Assembly (NCBI GenBank): GCA_951406725.2
Contig: OX597826.1
Span: 80,476,001-80,540,000 of the forward strand
DNA from: Octopus vulgaris
Taxonomy: Eukaryota
Length of the DNA stretch: 64,000 bases
Direction: 5' to 3'
The notes under the pieces were generated by a model that saw only the letters and a program-made list of their open reading frames with translations, was not told the origin of the DNA and ran no database searches. Positions 1 to 12,803 of the stretch are shown here, piece after piece; position 1 is the stretch's first letter; each line of letters starts with the position of its first letter. The position numbers were made by a program, and so were the translations under genes.

Positions 1-724
1 AAATCTAAAAGGGCCCAATAAATCAAATGAGGGCTCAATAATTTCAAAAGAACTCGATTGGATTTTAAAAATTGTAAACAAATTTAAAAAAAAAAAAATG
101 CAAATTATTTATTTGACAGCAGTGAATTCTTCAGCTCCAAGTTTTAGGCTTCTCTGAGTTAAATTGGTCCCCAATGCTAGGGGTCCCTGAGCCATGACCC
201 ATACTGGCCCATTCATAAATCTGGCCTAGATTCCACCCCACTCAGACTTGAACTCAGAACATAAAGGGATGTATCTACAAAACTTTCATGTCAAGGAAGT
301 AATTCTGTCATTCCGAAAAAGAGAGAGAAGGAGAAGAGAAAGAAAGAAAAATGAGAACAACATTCGTAAACTTAATAAACCAGTAATAAATAAATCAAAA
401 AAGAAAAATGTAATAACATATAAAAAAAAAAGTAAATCTACAATGGAAAAAACAAACAAACAAAAATAGAGAATAAATAAATAAGATAATAAAAGATGTT
501 GGAATTTCTTTGGTAAACTGAAAACTTTTGCAGTTATTTGCTAAACAGAAAAGAAAACAGAAAAGAAAACAGCAATGAGGAGATAAATAAAGGAGATGGA
601 TAAGTTGTTAAGTTGTAGACTCTGGGTTTTGCTGCTCAAAATCATTTTTTGCTTCAGACATTTTGGATGAACACATCTGAAGTTCAAACATCAATGATTC
701 TAACAAGAGACTTGGATGTTGTTG

Positions 725-1170
725 TTTGTGTGTGTGAATGTATGTATATCAATATATGTAATATATGTATGTCTATACATGTATGTGTCTACATAGGTGT
801 GTTTGTGTGTGTGTGTGCATGTGTCTGTGTAGGTATGAGAATCTCTGAAGGTAGGTGTATGCGTGTCTATGTACATTGTAGGTGTATGTATCTATATAGG
901 TGTGTGTGTGAGTGTGTATGTATATCAATATATGTAATATATGTATGTCTATACATGTGTGTGTCTACATATGTGTGTGTGTGTATGTGTGCATGTATCT
1001 GTGTAGGTATGAGAATCTCTGAAGGTAGGTGTATGCATGTCTATGTACGTTGTATGTGTATGTATCTATATAGGTGTGTGTGTGAGTGTGTATGTATATC
1101 AATATATGTAATATATGTATGTCTATAGATGTGTGTGTCTACATATGTGTGTGTATCTATATAGGTAGGT
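725..1170. repeat. Compound (GT/AT) satellite with a higher-order unit of about 174 bp, roughly 2.5 copies
   Basis: The marker atctctgaaggtaggtgtatgc recurs at 841 and 1015. Confidence 0.8.
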
Positions 1171-1831
1171 GTGTCTGTGTGTGTGAGTTTATACAAACGC
1201 ATTTATGTTTCCGTAGGAGTGTGTATCTATGTGGATGTATATGTCTATGTTTTGTGTGTGTGTGTGTGTGTGTGTGTGCATGGATATCTATGTAGGTTTG
1301 TGTGTATGCAAACAGAGGTGTGTAAGTGTGTGTGTGTGTGTGTGTATTTGAAATAGAAATTCATTAAGGAAGTTGTTGCCAGAGGCTGCATGGAACAGAA
1401 GTTTGGCATCAGAAGTTGAAGTCTTAAGCCAACAAGAAAATGTGTCATTCAGGTTACATTTAGGATGACAACAACAACAAATACAACAACAACACCAACA
1501 ACTGTGGGTGAACACATCAATTATCTGAGAATAAAAAAGAAAATAAAAACCTTATTTAATGGAGAAGAAAAATTTAAAAAAAAGGCAACAGAGACAAAAA
1601 ATACATTAATGGATTTCTTTGGTTTTTGTTTTGTTTTCTTTGCTTTCGATTCGTTTTCTCTTTCTTTTTCTTTTCTTTTAAAATTGTTTTACATTCACAA
1701 AAAAAATCCAAAACCGGTAATGAACCTTGAGCTTCAGCAAATTAATAAGCAGTTAGGAAGAGAGAGAGACCAAACAAAGAAAGACTGGATTTTAAAGAAT
1801 CGTAGAAGCATGAGGCATAAAACCACAAGTT

Positions 1832-1881
<50 letters not shown>

Positions 1882-2957
1882 GCATGAATGTAAGAGGAAC
1901 TAAAGAGAAATGGGAAGCAACAATCCAAGGATCCAAGTGTAGGAAGTTAGTAAGCTTCAACCCTGGATGGCATCCAGTAGAGATGACAAAGGATGAACAA
2001 TGTACAATAAAACATGCAAGTCACTTCTTTCCATATTGAAATCAAAAGCAATTCCAATAAGCTGGTTGTGTATATTGTAACTTATGCAACGAGCATTGCT
2101 TTGCTATGAAACAATTGTAAAGTGCATGAGTACATATAAAAATAATTCATCCCAGAATGGAGATGATGGCATTACATCCATTTCCTCATCACCTCAACTA
2201 TTACATTTACTGTTTTATAGTCTGGGACTAACAAATCATTCCTGGAATTACAATTTCTATACAATTTCCTTTAAGGAAAACTGTCTGCTTCTATGCACTC
2301 TGTTGGCCAGTATTCACTCAGATTCCTAAATCCTCTTTAATCTAATCCACCATCAGCATTGTCACACAATGTCCATTTTCCATGCTGGCATGGGTTGGAT
2401 GGTTTGACAAGAGCTGGCAAGTCAGAAGACCATGCCAAGCTGCACTACCCACTTTGGCAAGGTTTCTATAGCTGGATGCACTTCCTAATGCCAACCACTT
2501 TACAGAGTGTGGACTGGGTGCTTTTTATGTGGCCCCAGCGGCCATGAGGTCACCAGATAACTCACAAGGCACCCCAACTGAGTGGGAGGGGAGGGCAGGA
2601 GTAATATTGAGGAAGGTGGCTTTGTGCCGGGTGATGAGAGGTTCGAGTATGGGTAGATGGATATTCACTTGAACTTCTCTCCTTTAACATCTCAAACATA
2701 AGATCACTTCACTGGAGGCGGAGGCTTATCTCATCCTATGATGGAATCAATCTACAAACATTATTATGGACTGCCAAACCCTCAAGAAACAGCTGTTGGA
2801 TTTGTAACACTCTTCCTCAACCCCTTTCATTCTCTGTATCATTTGTTTTCTGTGGGAGTCGAACCTTTTTATATGTAAACATGTCTGTTATTTTTATATT
2901 TCATGTATTCAATATACTTTATGTATTGATCTAACTTGCTTATCCTTACATTTACTT

Positions 2958-3805
2958 CACACACACATATACACACACATATATATATATACACGCACAT
3001 ATATATATACATATATATATACATATATACACGCACATATATATATACATATCTATATACATATATACACACATATATATACATACATATATATATACAT
3101 ATATACACATACATATATATATATACATATATATACACATATATATATATATACATATATATACACATACATATATATATATACATATATATACACATAC
3201 ATATATATATACATATATATACACATACATATATATATATACATATATATACACATACATATATATATATACATATATATACACATACATATATATATAT
3301 ACATATATATACACATACATATATACATATATATACACATACATATATATACATATATATACACATACATATATATACATATATATACACATACATATAT
3401 ATACATATATATACATACATACATATATATACATATATATACACATACATATATATACATATATATACACATACATATATATATACATATATACACATAC
3501 ATATATATATACATATATATACACATACATATATATGCACATATACACATACATATATATATATATACATATATACATATATATACATATATATATACAT
3601 ATATATACATATATATATACATATATATACATATATATATACATATATATACATATATATACACATACATATATATATATATACATATATGTATACATAT
3701 ATATACATACATATATGTATACATATATATACACATACATATATATGCACATATACACATACATATATATATATATACACACACATATATATATATACAT
3801 ATATA
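2958..3805. repeat. About 850 bp (TA)n/(CA)n/(TACA)n microsatellite array
   Basis: Almost pure alternating purine-pyrimidine; source of the long Y/I/H/T and C/V/M ORFs. Confidence 0.97.
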
Positions 3806-4269
3806 AACGCACATACACAAGCCACTTAACCGCACCGCCACACCTATACCCGACATCCTGCATATTTTAGTTTCAAGATATTCGTTCTTCAACAGTTCCT
3901 CTGTTTCCTACTCCACAATATTTTGGCCAGAAAGCACCAAGATGTCTCTCAAGGTCCATACATTCCCATTCCTGTCCATGATAATTACATCTGCATGGCT
4001 TGCCTTGGTCTCTTGACGCTTTGGACATTAACTAGGTCCTAACTGTGCACCAATTGCTACAGGCTTCTGCCCCTTCTCGTTAATTTTTACAGGGAAGTCA
4101 TGGCATCTTACCCAGTGGACTTAGGAAATCCCCCCTTAGTCATGTCTGTGTGTCTATTTGAACTTGGTCACAGCTACTCCCAGCAATCACGTGGTGAGCT
4201 ATTTCATTCCATTTGTTGTATAGTTTTCCCTTGATGATTACATCCTGTCATTATTTTATTTTTGTTAAT

Positions 4270-4600
4270 TATTTGTGGGCAGGTTTTTTGAGTGACTCCT
4301 GTCCTTCGCTCACTTTATTTCGTCTCTCTTAATATTGTGGAGTACTGGCCATAAAGAGGGTTCTCTGCTCGTTATAATTGTTATCCCCTTATTATTGGAT
4401 ACAAAAGTGAGGGCGGAGAGGGAAGAGTTCTCTTCCCTTCCAGTGAATTTACCAAAAGTTGGGTGACTGGCAAAATGGATTAGGATGAATGGGCCTGCTC
4501 TAAGCCTACACCTTTAAAATGGAGAACAACAGATGCAGGAGAGCTTGTGCCCTTAATGGTTAAGAAGATGTTGGATCTGTAGAGTTCTTGGATTGGCCTT
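4270..4600 (+). mobile_element. Degraded non-LTR retrotransposon 3' end (possibly Tx1/L1-like)
   Basis: A frameshifted KVRAERE..SEFTKSWVT stretch at about 4402-4470 resembles ORF2 C-termini. Weak evidence. Confidence 0.3.
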
Positions 4601-4671
4601 AGTATACTTTGACTACCTTTATCTCATTTTCCAATCCTTATGCTTTCTTTTCCTCACCTTTTATATAAATG

Positions 4672-5045
4672 TGGAAGTGCAATGGCCCAGTGGTTAGGGC
4701 AGCAGACTCGCAGTCATAATCACAGATTCAATTCCCAGACCAGGAATTGTGAGTGTTTATTGAGCAAAAACACCTAAAAGCTCCACGAGGCTCCGGCAGG
4801 GAGTGGTAAACTCTGCTATACTCTTTCACCACAACTTTCTCTCACTCTTCCTGTTTTTGTTGTACCTGTATTTCAAAGGGGCCAGCCTTATCACACTCTG
4901 TGTCACGCTGAATCTCCCCGAAAACTACGTTAAGGGTACACATGTCTGTGAATTGCTCAGCCACTTGCACGTTAATTTCACGAGCAGGCTGTTCCAATGA
5001 TTGGATGAACTGGAACCCTCGTCGTCATAACTGACGGAGTGCCAT
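4672..5045 (+). mobile_element. tRNA-derived SINE (family C)
   Basis: Box A tggcccagtgg, box B-like gattcaattcc, body ending ctcgtcgtcataactgacggagtgcca. A related copy lies at about 41988-42305. Confidence 0.8.
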
Positions 5046-5264
5046 GATTTTATATAAATATAATGTAACCCGCACACACATACACAAATTATAAACTCTT
5101 CCCTAAAACATCCCATCTCATCTGGTACCTGTTTGGCAAATGAAAGAAATCCTTATCATCATCATCATCAAAGCAGTGAACTGTCAGAAGTAGTTGAGTT
5201 CCAGATTGGATGCCCCTTGCAGCAATTAACTGCATTTCTTTACATTCTGAGTTCCAATTCTTTT

Positions 5265-6610
5265 CTCCTCAAGGCACAAGGTCTGAAATTCTTGGGGAGG
5301 GGGCCAGTCGATTAGATTGACCCCAGTATGCAACTGGTACTTAATTTATCTGAGTTCCAGTTCTAAAACATCAATCAGCATTTGGGGGATACAAATGACT
5401 TCGATATTTGACATCAGTACTTTGTTTTAGACATTCTAGAAGGACAAACATTGAAAGAGGACTTCAGCAGAATTGCAAACAAAGAACATAAAGAGATCAA
5501 ACAAAAAAAACCTGCTGGTGTTTGATTCTGACAATTTGGTAACATCAATAATAATAATAATCCTTTCTGCTATAGGCACAAGGCCTGAAATTTTTGGGGA
5601 AGGAATAAGTCGATTACATCGACCCCAGTGTGTAACTGGTATTTATTTCATTGATCCCGAAAGGATGAAAGGCAAAGTCAACCTCGGTGGAATTTGAACT
5701 CAAAACGTAGCGACAAGCAAAATGCTGCAATAATAATAATAATAATCATCGTTTAGACGTCCACTTTCCATGCTGGCATGGGTTGGATGGTTTGACTGAG
5801 GATTGGTGAGCCAGATGGCTGCACCAGGCTTCAATCTGATCTGGCAAAGTTTCTGCGGTTGGATGCCCTTCCTAATGCCAACCACTCCGAGAGTGTAGTG
5901 GGTGCTTTTATGTGCCACTGGCACAAGAGCCAGTCAGGCGGTACTGGCAACAACCATGCTCAAATGGTGTTAATAATAATAATAATAATAAGGGTTTCTA
6001 GTTTAGGAATAAGGCCAGTAATTCTGAGATGAGTGGGGTTTAGTTAAAAATCAACATCAGTACTTGACTGGAACTTTATTTAATCAACTTTGAAAGGTAA
6101 AGTGGAGTTCAGAAAGGGGCTAAACACAGAGGGGACAAACAAGGACAGACAACGGGATTAAGTCGATTACATCGACCCCAGTGCGTAACTGGTACTTAAT
6201 TTATCAACCCCGAAAGGATGAAAGGCAAAGTTGACCGCGGCGGAATTTGAACTCAGAACGTAACGGCAAATGAAATACTGCTAAGCATTTCACCTGATGT
6301 GCTAACGTTTCCGCCAGCTTGCAGCCTTAATGTTTCTGCCAACTTGCCACCTGGTTGATGATGATGATAATAGTAATACTCATCCTTTCAGCTCTAAGCA
6401 CAAAGCCTGAAATTTGCAGGTGGGGTTGGGGTGATTGGGGTGATCAGTCAATGACATCAAAGTCAGTGCTTGATTGGTAGTTATTTCATTGATCCCAAAA
6501 GATGAGGCAAAGTCAGCCCTGGCAGAATTTCAACTCAGAATGGAAAGATGGATGAAATGCCACCGAGCATTAGGTCAGGTATGCAAACAATTCTGCCAGC
6601 TCACCACCTC

Positions 6611-6646
<36 letters not shown>

Positions 6647-6850
6647 GGTTTCAAATTTTGTCACAGGACCAGCAGTTTTTTGAGGGACAGGAAAAGTTGA
6701 TTACATTGACCTCAGTACTTGACTGGTATTTATTTTATCTACCCTGAAAGAATGAAAAGCAAACTCAACCTCAGCAGTATTTGAACAGCCAGAAGAAAAG
6801 CTGCCAAGTAGGTTGTCTGGCAGGCTAACCATTCTGCCAGCTAACCAGAC
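5265..6850 (-). mobile_element. Cluster of tRNA-SINE family A copies (core gcctttcatcctttcggggtcgataaattaagtaccag), plus an RTE-tail element at about 5745-5970
   Basis: Repeated ttgaactcagaac / gaaaggatgaaaggcaaagt motifs separated by (AAT)n. Other copies at about 19795-19945, 31905-32130, 40635-40820 and 46935-47060. Confidence 0.85.
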
Positions 6851-7128
6851 TGATAATAATAATAATAATAAGCATTATTATAACAATTATAATTTTCGAA
6901 AAATAGATAACAAAACAAATGGTAGATCTTGCCTGAAACAAGACGGAAAGAAACATAAAAGAGATAAAAGAAAAAATACGAATACAGTTTTCAATTTAAG
7001 CTATATTTTAGTTGTTTTCAAAACAAATGAGAAAAAAAAAACATTTTTTTCAATAATACATTGATTGTCATATAAACACAACATGAATGAACATTTAGTT
7101 TTCACACACACATGCAGACATACACACA

Positions 7129-7160
<32 letters not shown>

Positions 7161-7229
7161 TACACGAGGTAAACTCTCAGCTTCAGCAACATGTATTTCA
7201 TGTTTAATCAACCCAGTTACCTTTTCATC

Positions 7230-8415
7230 GGAGTGTAGTCATGCTGGGGCACCACCTTGAAGGGTTCTAGTCAAGAAAAAATAAATAAATAAAAACATCC
7301 CCAAAACTGGTTTTTAAACTCTGGTGCTTGTTTTATCAGTCCCTTGCAGAACTGCTAAGTTACGGAGATGTAAACAAACACCAATCGACAATTGGTGGCA
7401 AGGACAGATACACACAAACAACACACGCACAGAGGCTTCTTTCAGTTTCCATCTACCAAATCCATTCATAAGGCTTTGGTTGGCCTGAGGCTATAGTAGA
7501 AATCATTTGCCCAAGGTACCATGCCATGGAAATGAACCTGGAGCCATGTGTTCGGGAAGCAAGCTTCTTACCACAGTCACAACTGCACCTATACACCACA
7601 CAAACATACACAGAGGCTTCTTTCAGTTTCCATTTACCAAGTCCATTCATAAAGCTTTGGTTGGTCTGGGGCTACAGTAGAAGACACTTCCCTGATGCAG
7701 TGCCATTGAATCTAAGACCATAATGGTTGAGAAGCAGACCACTAATCGCACAGCCAGGCCTGCAGCCATTCATTTCAACAATGAATTATAATATCAATGA
7801 TTGTTTCACAGACGCATCGTTACAATTAATTGGTCTCTCAGGCAGAAGTAATACGACACAGTGTGTGACAATGCTGGCTCTTTGAACTACTGATGTATAT
7901 AGCCTGTCAGACAGACTACCACATTTCTTTTTTAACCATTCCTAGTCACGAGGCTACGATTGTCTCACAGTAGAAGACAATTACCTAAATCGGTAAAGCC
8001 TCAACCTTATGGTTGGAGAGAAAACTTCTATCACAGTCACCAATATTTTTGTAGTTTTTAGAGGCCACAGTCATTGGATTGCAGTCATGGTGGGGAACTG
8101 CCTTGAAGGGTTTAGCAGAACAAACCAACCCCCAGTACTTAATATTCAAAGTCTGGTGTTTATTCTGTCTCTTTTGCCAAACTATTAAGTTACAGGAAAC
8201 ATAAACAAACCAGCACCGGTTGTCAAGTGGTAATGGAAAATAAGCACAAAGAGACACACAAATATATATATATGATGGGCTTCTACACAGTTTCCATTCA
8301 CCGAATTGATTTACAAGGTCCAGGGTTATAGCAGAAGGCATTTGCCTAGGGAGCCTTGTCATAGGACTGAACCTGAAACCCTGAGGTTCTTGACCACACA
8401 ACCATGCTTGCGCCT
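7230..8415 (-). mobile_element. Three tRNA-SINE family B copies (head ggctgtgtggtaagaagcttgcttcccaaccac)
   Basis: Repeated ttcagtttcc..ccaaatccactcacaaggctttgg..gctatagtagaagacacttgcccaagg core, seen on the plus strand. Confidence 0.85.
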
Positions 8416-8587
8416 ATTGTATATGTAATTACATAGAAAATTGGTCATCATTTTGATAATTCACATTTAAAGAATGGATGTAGAACCTGAGAAAGTCCTT
8501 CTAATGAAAGATCACTGAATGAATACAGATGCTAATGGCTACCAAAAAAAGCAAAGGGGTGGGGTCTTGATTTTCACACACATTTAA

Positions 8588-8840
8588 CCCTTTAGCATTT
8601 AAAGCACCCATATCCAACTCAAATATCCTACCTGTTTGACATGGAGACAGGCCGGGTCAGGCCTCTCACGCCTACACTACAATGTCATTCTACAAGTGAG
8701 AAATCACAAAGCTCTGACACAATGCGTAGTTATTCCAAAACAATGTGAATAAATAAGCATTACATTTGACAGAGAAATCCAAATGCTAAAGGACCAAATG
8801 CTAAAGGACCAACTGCTAAAGGACCAAATGCTAAAGGACC
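8588..8840. mobile_element. piggyBac-type MITE whose right TIR is amplified as a 15-bp tandem repeat
   Basis: TTAA followed by CCCTTTAGCATTT at 8584-8600; ccaaatgctaaagga x4 at 8779-8838. Same family as 24108-24319. Confidence 0.75.
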
Positions 8841-9559
8841 GAATACTTTCTAGAGGAGTTGTTTGTAGTTTATGGCATCTGGTTTCTGTGGGCACCAACA
8901 CAATCCCCAATTCAGTACATTACTGAAATCATGCAGAGAAATATGAAAGGTTTCAATTTTCTATGCATTCTTCTAAATTATGTTCTTAAATATATTTTCA
9001 GAATGGAGTCCAATAATTTATATATTCCCTGCAATGCACCAGACCCCTCACCAAATTTGGATTCTCCTCTTCTTAAACATCCTCTCCAGATTTATGCAAT
9101 CTCTTACGAAAACTGGTAAATATTGAAAAGGGGGGAAAAAAGCAACAAAACTTCACTGAAACACACACAAACACATATGTTATTAAAAACAGAGGCTTCC
9201 TTCACTTGCAACTCTTAAGTTTTTGGCATGCTTTTCAAGGCAATTCTGCAAGGCACTTTGGGCAATTTTTGAAGCGCCCTGAAGTGTTGCCTCAAAAACA
9301 TGCAAGAAACAAAGGGAAGAGCAAGTGAAATTAGCATCTGATGAGTAGTAGGGTAATAAACACTTCCACATGTGTATTGAGTACTTTCTTCTCATTTGTA
9401 CAACCAAAATGCATATAATGTACACACATATCCATACACAACATCTTAATCTTCTAGTTCCTAACAACAGAAACAACTCCACAAAGCAAATATTCACACT
9501 GACCGACTCAATTTTGGGGTTTTGTTATATATTTTTATTAGAGTCATTCATATATATTT

Positions 9560-11257
9560 ATTAATTTTTTTTTTTTTTACTTTTACTTTTCTTAAAAAAT
9601 ATCTGGCTATAATTTTATTTATTTATTTCCTAAATTTAAACATCAAACAACATTGGATGTTGGTCACCGTGACTCGACAAAACACAACAGCACCATGGCA
9701 ACAGAAACTAACTTATTGGAAATATGGCAGGAAAAAGATGACATCGGTTTTTTTCTTTTTTTGTTTATTAATATTATTAATATTTTTCACTTTGAATTAT
9801 CATATATTTTATAAACATCAGTGTGCACATATGCATATGCAACAAAATGCTATATATATATCTATCTATACATACATACATGCATGTATATATGTATATA
9901 TATATATATATACATACACACACACACACGCACATATACAACCACATACATCATATTTGCAGCTAGAAAAATCGTGAGTGTGTGTGCGTGTGTTTATGTA
10001 ATGTAATGTAAAGAAAGAAGAGCCCAAACACTTCAACAGTAACTGAAATACTTTCACTCAACACACTAAATAAGAGCATCACATTTACTTCTGGGTGGGA
10101 AAAGGTTGACAGTAAGGGTGAAAAGATTCGACCAGTCAATGGGTGGCGCAAGGACCAGAAACAGTTCAAAGCTACTGCGAACCTTTTAAAAATAAAACAA
10201 GCACACACACACACACATACGTATAAATTGTGTGTGTGTGTATATATATATATAGTGTATCATATATCCGTATATATATATATATATATATATACTTGCA
10301 ATTGCATTCATCATGTGCATGTATGCTTGTTTGTATAGGGACACACTTATAACTTATAAACACAAGTATGTTAACTGACTCTTATAAGATTTTGAGAAAC
10401 AGATTTCTGCACTGCTAAGCAAGCTACAGACACACTCTCTCTCTCTCACACACACACACACCGCTTTTCCTGAAATTCTTAATACCCATATGATCCCAAA
10501 CACCAAAACACTAGTTCTGTCTGTGTCACAAACATTCAAATTCACAAACTCCTTCCATCTCGTTTTATTCCAATCCAGACTTAAACAAAAAAAATACAAC
10601 ACACACACACACACACACACCCTCCAAATTCTCACACGATTCGTTTACTGCCAGCTCCCTCTACTTCTTGCAGCATTTAATGTTTTGGTAGAAACCATTC
10701 CACAAAACAATTAAAAATGCTTTCGTTCATTTGTTCTTTAACTGGCTTCTTTTATTGGACTGTGGGCCATGCTGAGGCCTCACTTTCTAGGGTACAGTTG
10801 ATTACATTGACCCTAGGACTTATTTTTATCAACCTCGGGGTGATAAAGGACAAAGCGAACCTAAGCAGGATTTGAACTCAGAATGTAAAGGATTGTTTGT
10901 TACCAAATATCACAAGGTATTTTGTCTGATGTGCTGCTCTCAATTCTGACACCAACCTGCTTCAAGGCTGATTTGTTTTCTTGTTTTGTTGCTTCAAATC
11001 ATTGAATAAATGACATGCCTCTTTAGTATATCAAAATTATTATTATTGTTCTTGTTGTTATTGATATTATGAGATGATGGTGGTGGTGATGATGATGATG
11101 ATGATGGCTGCTGTTGTGGCTGTAATGATGATGATGAGGAGGAGAGGTAAAATTATTACACTTCAGTGAGGCACAGCCATTGTATGTTCATGTGATTCAG
11201 ATGTGATTCAAGTCATTTTGTCAAGTCTCCACAAGACAAGACACTGTCCGGTTTGTC
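9560..11257 (-). other. Probable BLTP1 3' UTR (end uncertain)
   Basis: Follows the stop codon. Candidate minus-strand AATAAA signals at 10751-10756, 10564-10569, 9764-9769 and a cluster at about 9614-9627. The true cleavage site cannot be determined from sequence. Confidence 0.45.
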
Positions 11258-11465
11258 TCAAGTGTCCTCGTCCGCAGCGTTTGGTTTGTCTCGGAGCACA
11301 ATCATTAACTTATTGACAAGGACTGCCAACATTTTGTCCATGGGATCCATGAAACCACGCTGCATCCATTTGGGGATTGTGACACGGGCATGAGAAAAAC
11401 CGAGCTTCTGTAAAATATAGTCAACTCCAATGGGATCAATCTGGCGACTAGCCCAATGCACCAAC
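11258..11465 (-). CDS. BLTP1: BLTP1 terminal coding exon (LVHWASRQIDPIGVDYILQKLGFSHARVTIPKWMQRGFMDPMDKMLAVLVNKLMIVLRDKPNAADEDT*)
   Basis: Conserved extreme C-terminus IDPxGVDYILQKLGFxHARxTIPKWxQRGxMDP. Acceptor ttctctctctttcag|G; TGA at 11260-11258. Confidence 0.97.
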
Positions 11466-11579
11466 CTGAAAGAGAGAGAATTGGGAAAATGAATAGGGTC
11501 GAAGAAGGATCAGAAGAGGGTAAAGTTGGACAATGGGAAGAATGGGCAGGAGAATTTTAGATGAGAGTGGGGTCGGATG

Positions 11580-11885
11580 GGAGAGGGGGGAAGCCAGACC
11601 AGAGGTGGGGAGCTGGACCAGAGGGGGCAGCCGAACCAGAGGTGGAGCTGGACCAGAGGGGGGGAAGCCAGACCAGATTGGGGAAGCCGGACCAGAGGGG
11701 GAAGCCAGACCAGCAGTGGGGAGCCAGACCAGAAGGGGGAGCCGGACCAGAGAAGAAACCAGACATGGGGGGAAGACGGGCCGGGGGAGCCAAACAAGAG
11801 GGGGGAAGCCGGACCAGAAGCAGGGAAGGCGGACCAAAAGGGTGCAGAGTCAGACAAGAGTGGGGGGGATCCAGACCAGAGGAGA
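11580..11885. repeat. G-rich minisatellite with a 17-21 bp unit (gggggaagccggaccagag) in the last intron
   Basis: About 15 degenerate copies of gaagcc(a/g)gaccaga; produces overlapping spurious ORFs on both strands. Confidence 0.9.
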
Positions 11886-12646
11886 AATAAATTTAAATAA
11901 GAAGAAATTGGACAAGTTGGATAGGGGCAGATGTTAGACAAGAGGCATTTGGGACAAAAAGCAAGGCTACATCAAAAATGTTATCATTTTTAAGCTCATC
12001 TTTTTCTATTTAGACCATGAGAGATTTAATCTTTATTTCTAGAGGTGAAAGATCAATCTTTCCCTGGATAACAGACCAGTCTGTAACAGATAGATCAGCT
12101 GGAAATATAGGGTACTTCTGGTTTGCTCCATGAAGTGAGAAAGTGCATAAAGAAATGTTCTGAACAGAGACAAACAGAACATGGATTTGATCTCACAACC
12201 CATGAATCACAAGTTCAACATTTCATATGAGAAGGACTTACATAGAAACAAACAAACAAGAAAAGACTATTCTAATAATTAACTCAGCTGAAATATAAAT
12301 AGCCACAGAAGCTATTATTGTCCAGTAACAATAATAATCGTTCCAAACAGAAGGCCTAAAGTTTTAAGGGAAGGAAAAAGAAATCAATTATATTGACCTC
12401 AGTATTAGTACTTTATTCTGACCCCAAAGAAATGAAGAGCAAAAGTAACCTTGGAGCAATTTGAACCCAGAATGTAAAGAAACAGCTTCTATGTTCTCAG
12501 TTTGAACCCTACCACAATCCCCTTTTTTTCCTCTCATCTTTTCCAGGTTCACCAAGTACCTTGTCGTCTGTTCCCCTTCCCAATAAAATGTGTAACTTTG
12601 CACCCATTGTTTATTAATTATCATTCCTGTATTTATTCATACATAC

Positions 12647-12803
12647 CGAACTGTAGGTTCTAAGTGCCAAGTCTTGCATTCAAACTGGCGCCAGTCTTGC
12701 TTGAGAGCCACAGTTGGAACAATTAATTTCTTCCTCTCCATCTCTGGAGACTTGATTCCACTATTGGCTTTCGTTGAAGCGTTGAACCCGAGACGAGCTG
12801 TAC
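12647..12803 (-). CDS. BLTP1: BLTP1 penultimate coding exon (STARLGFNAS...KQDWRQFECKTWHLEPTVR)
   Basis: DWRxFxCxTWHLEPTxR motif. Acceptor ttttcctctctccctag|GT, donor CG|gtatgt; 157 nt, phases 1/2. Confidence 0.95.

Noticed and set aside
2869-3892. ORFs of 111-318 aa on both strands
   Set aside because: Translations of the TA/CA microsatellite, which lacks stop codons by composition.
8779-8840. CRISPR-like array
   Set aside because: Direct tandem units without spacers, in eukaryotic DNA.
11448-11941. Six overlapping Pro/Gly-rich ORFs
   Set aside because: Minisatellite artefacts inside the last BLTP1 intron.
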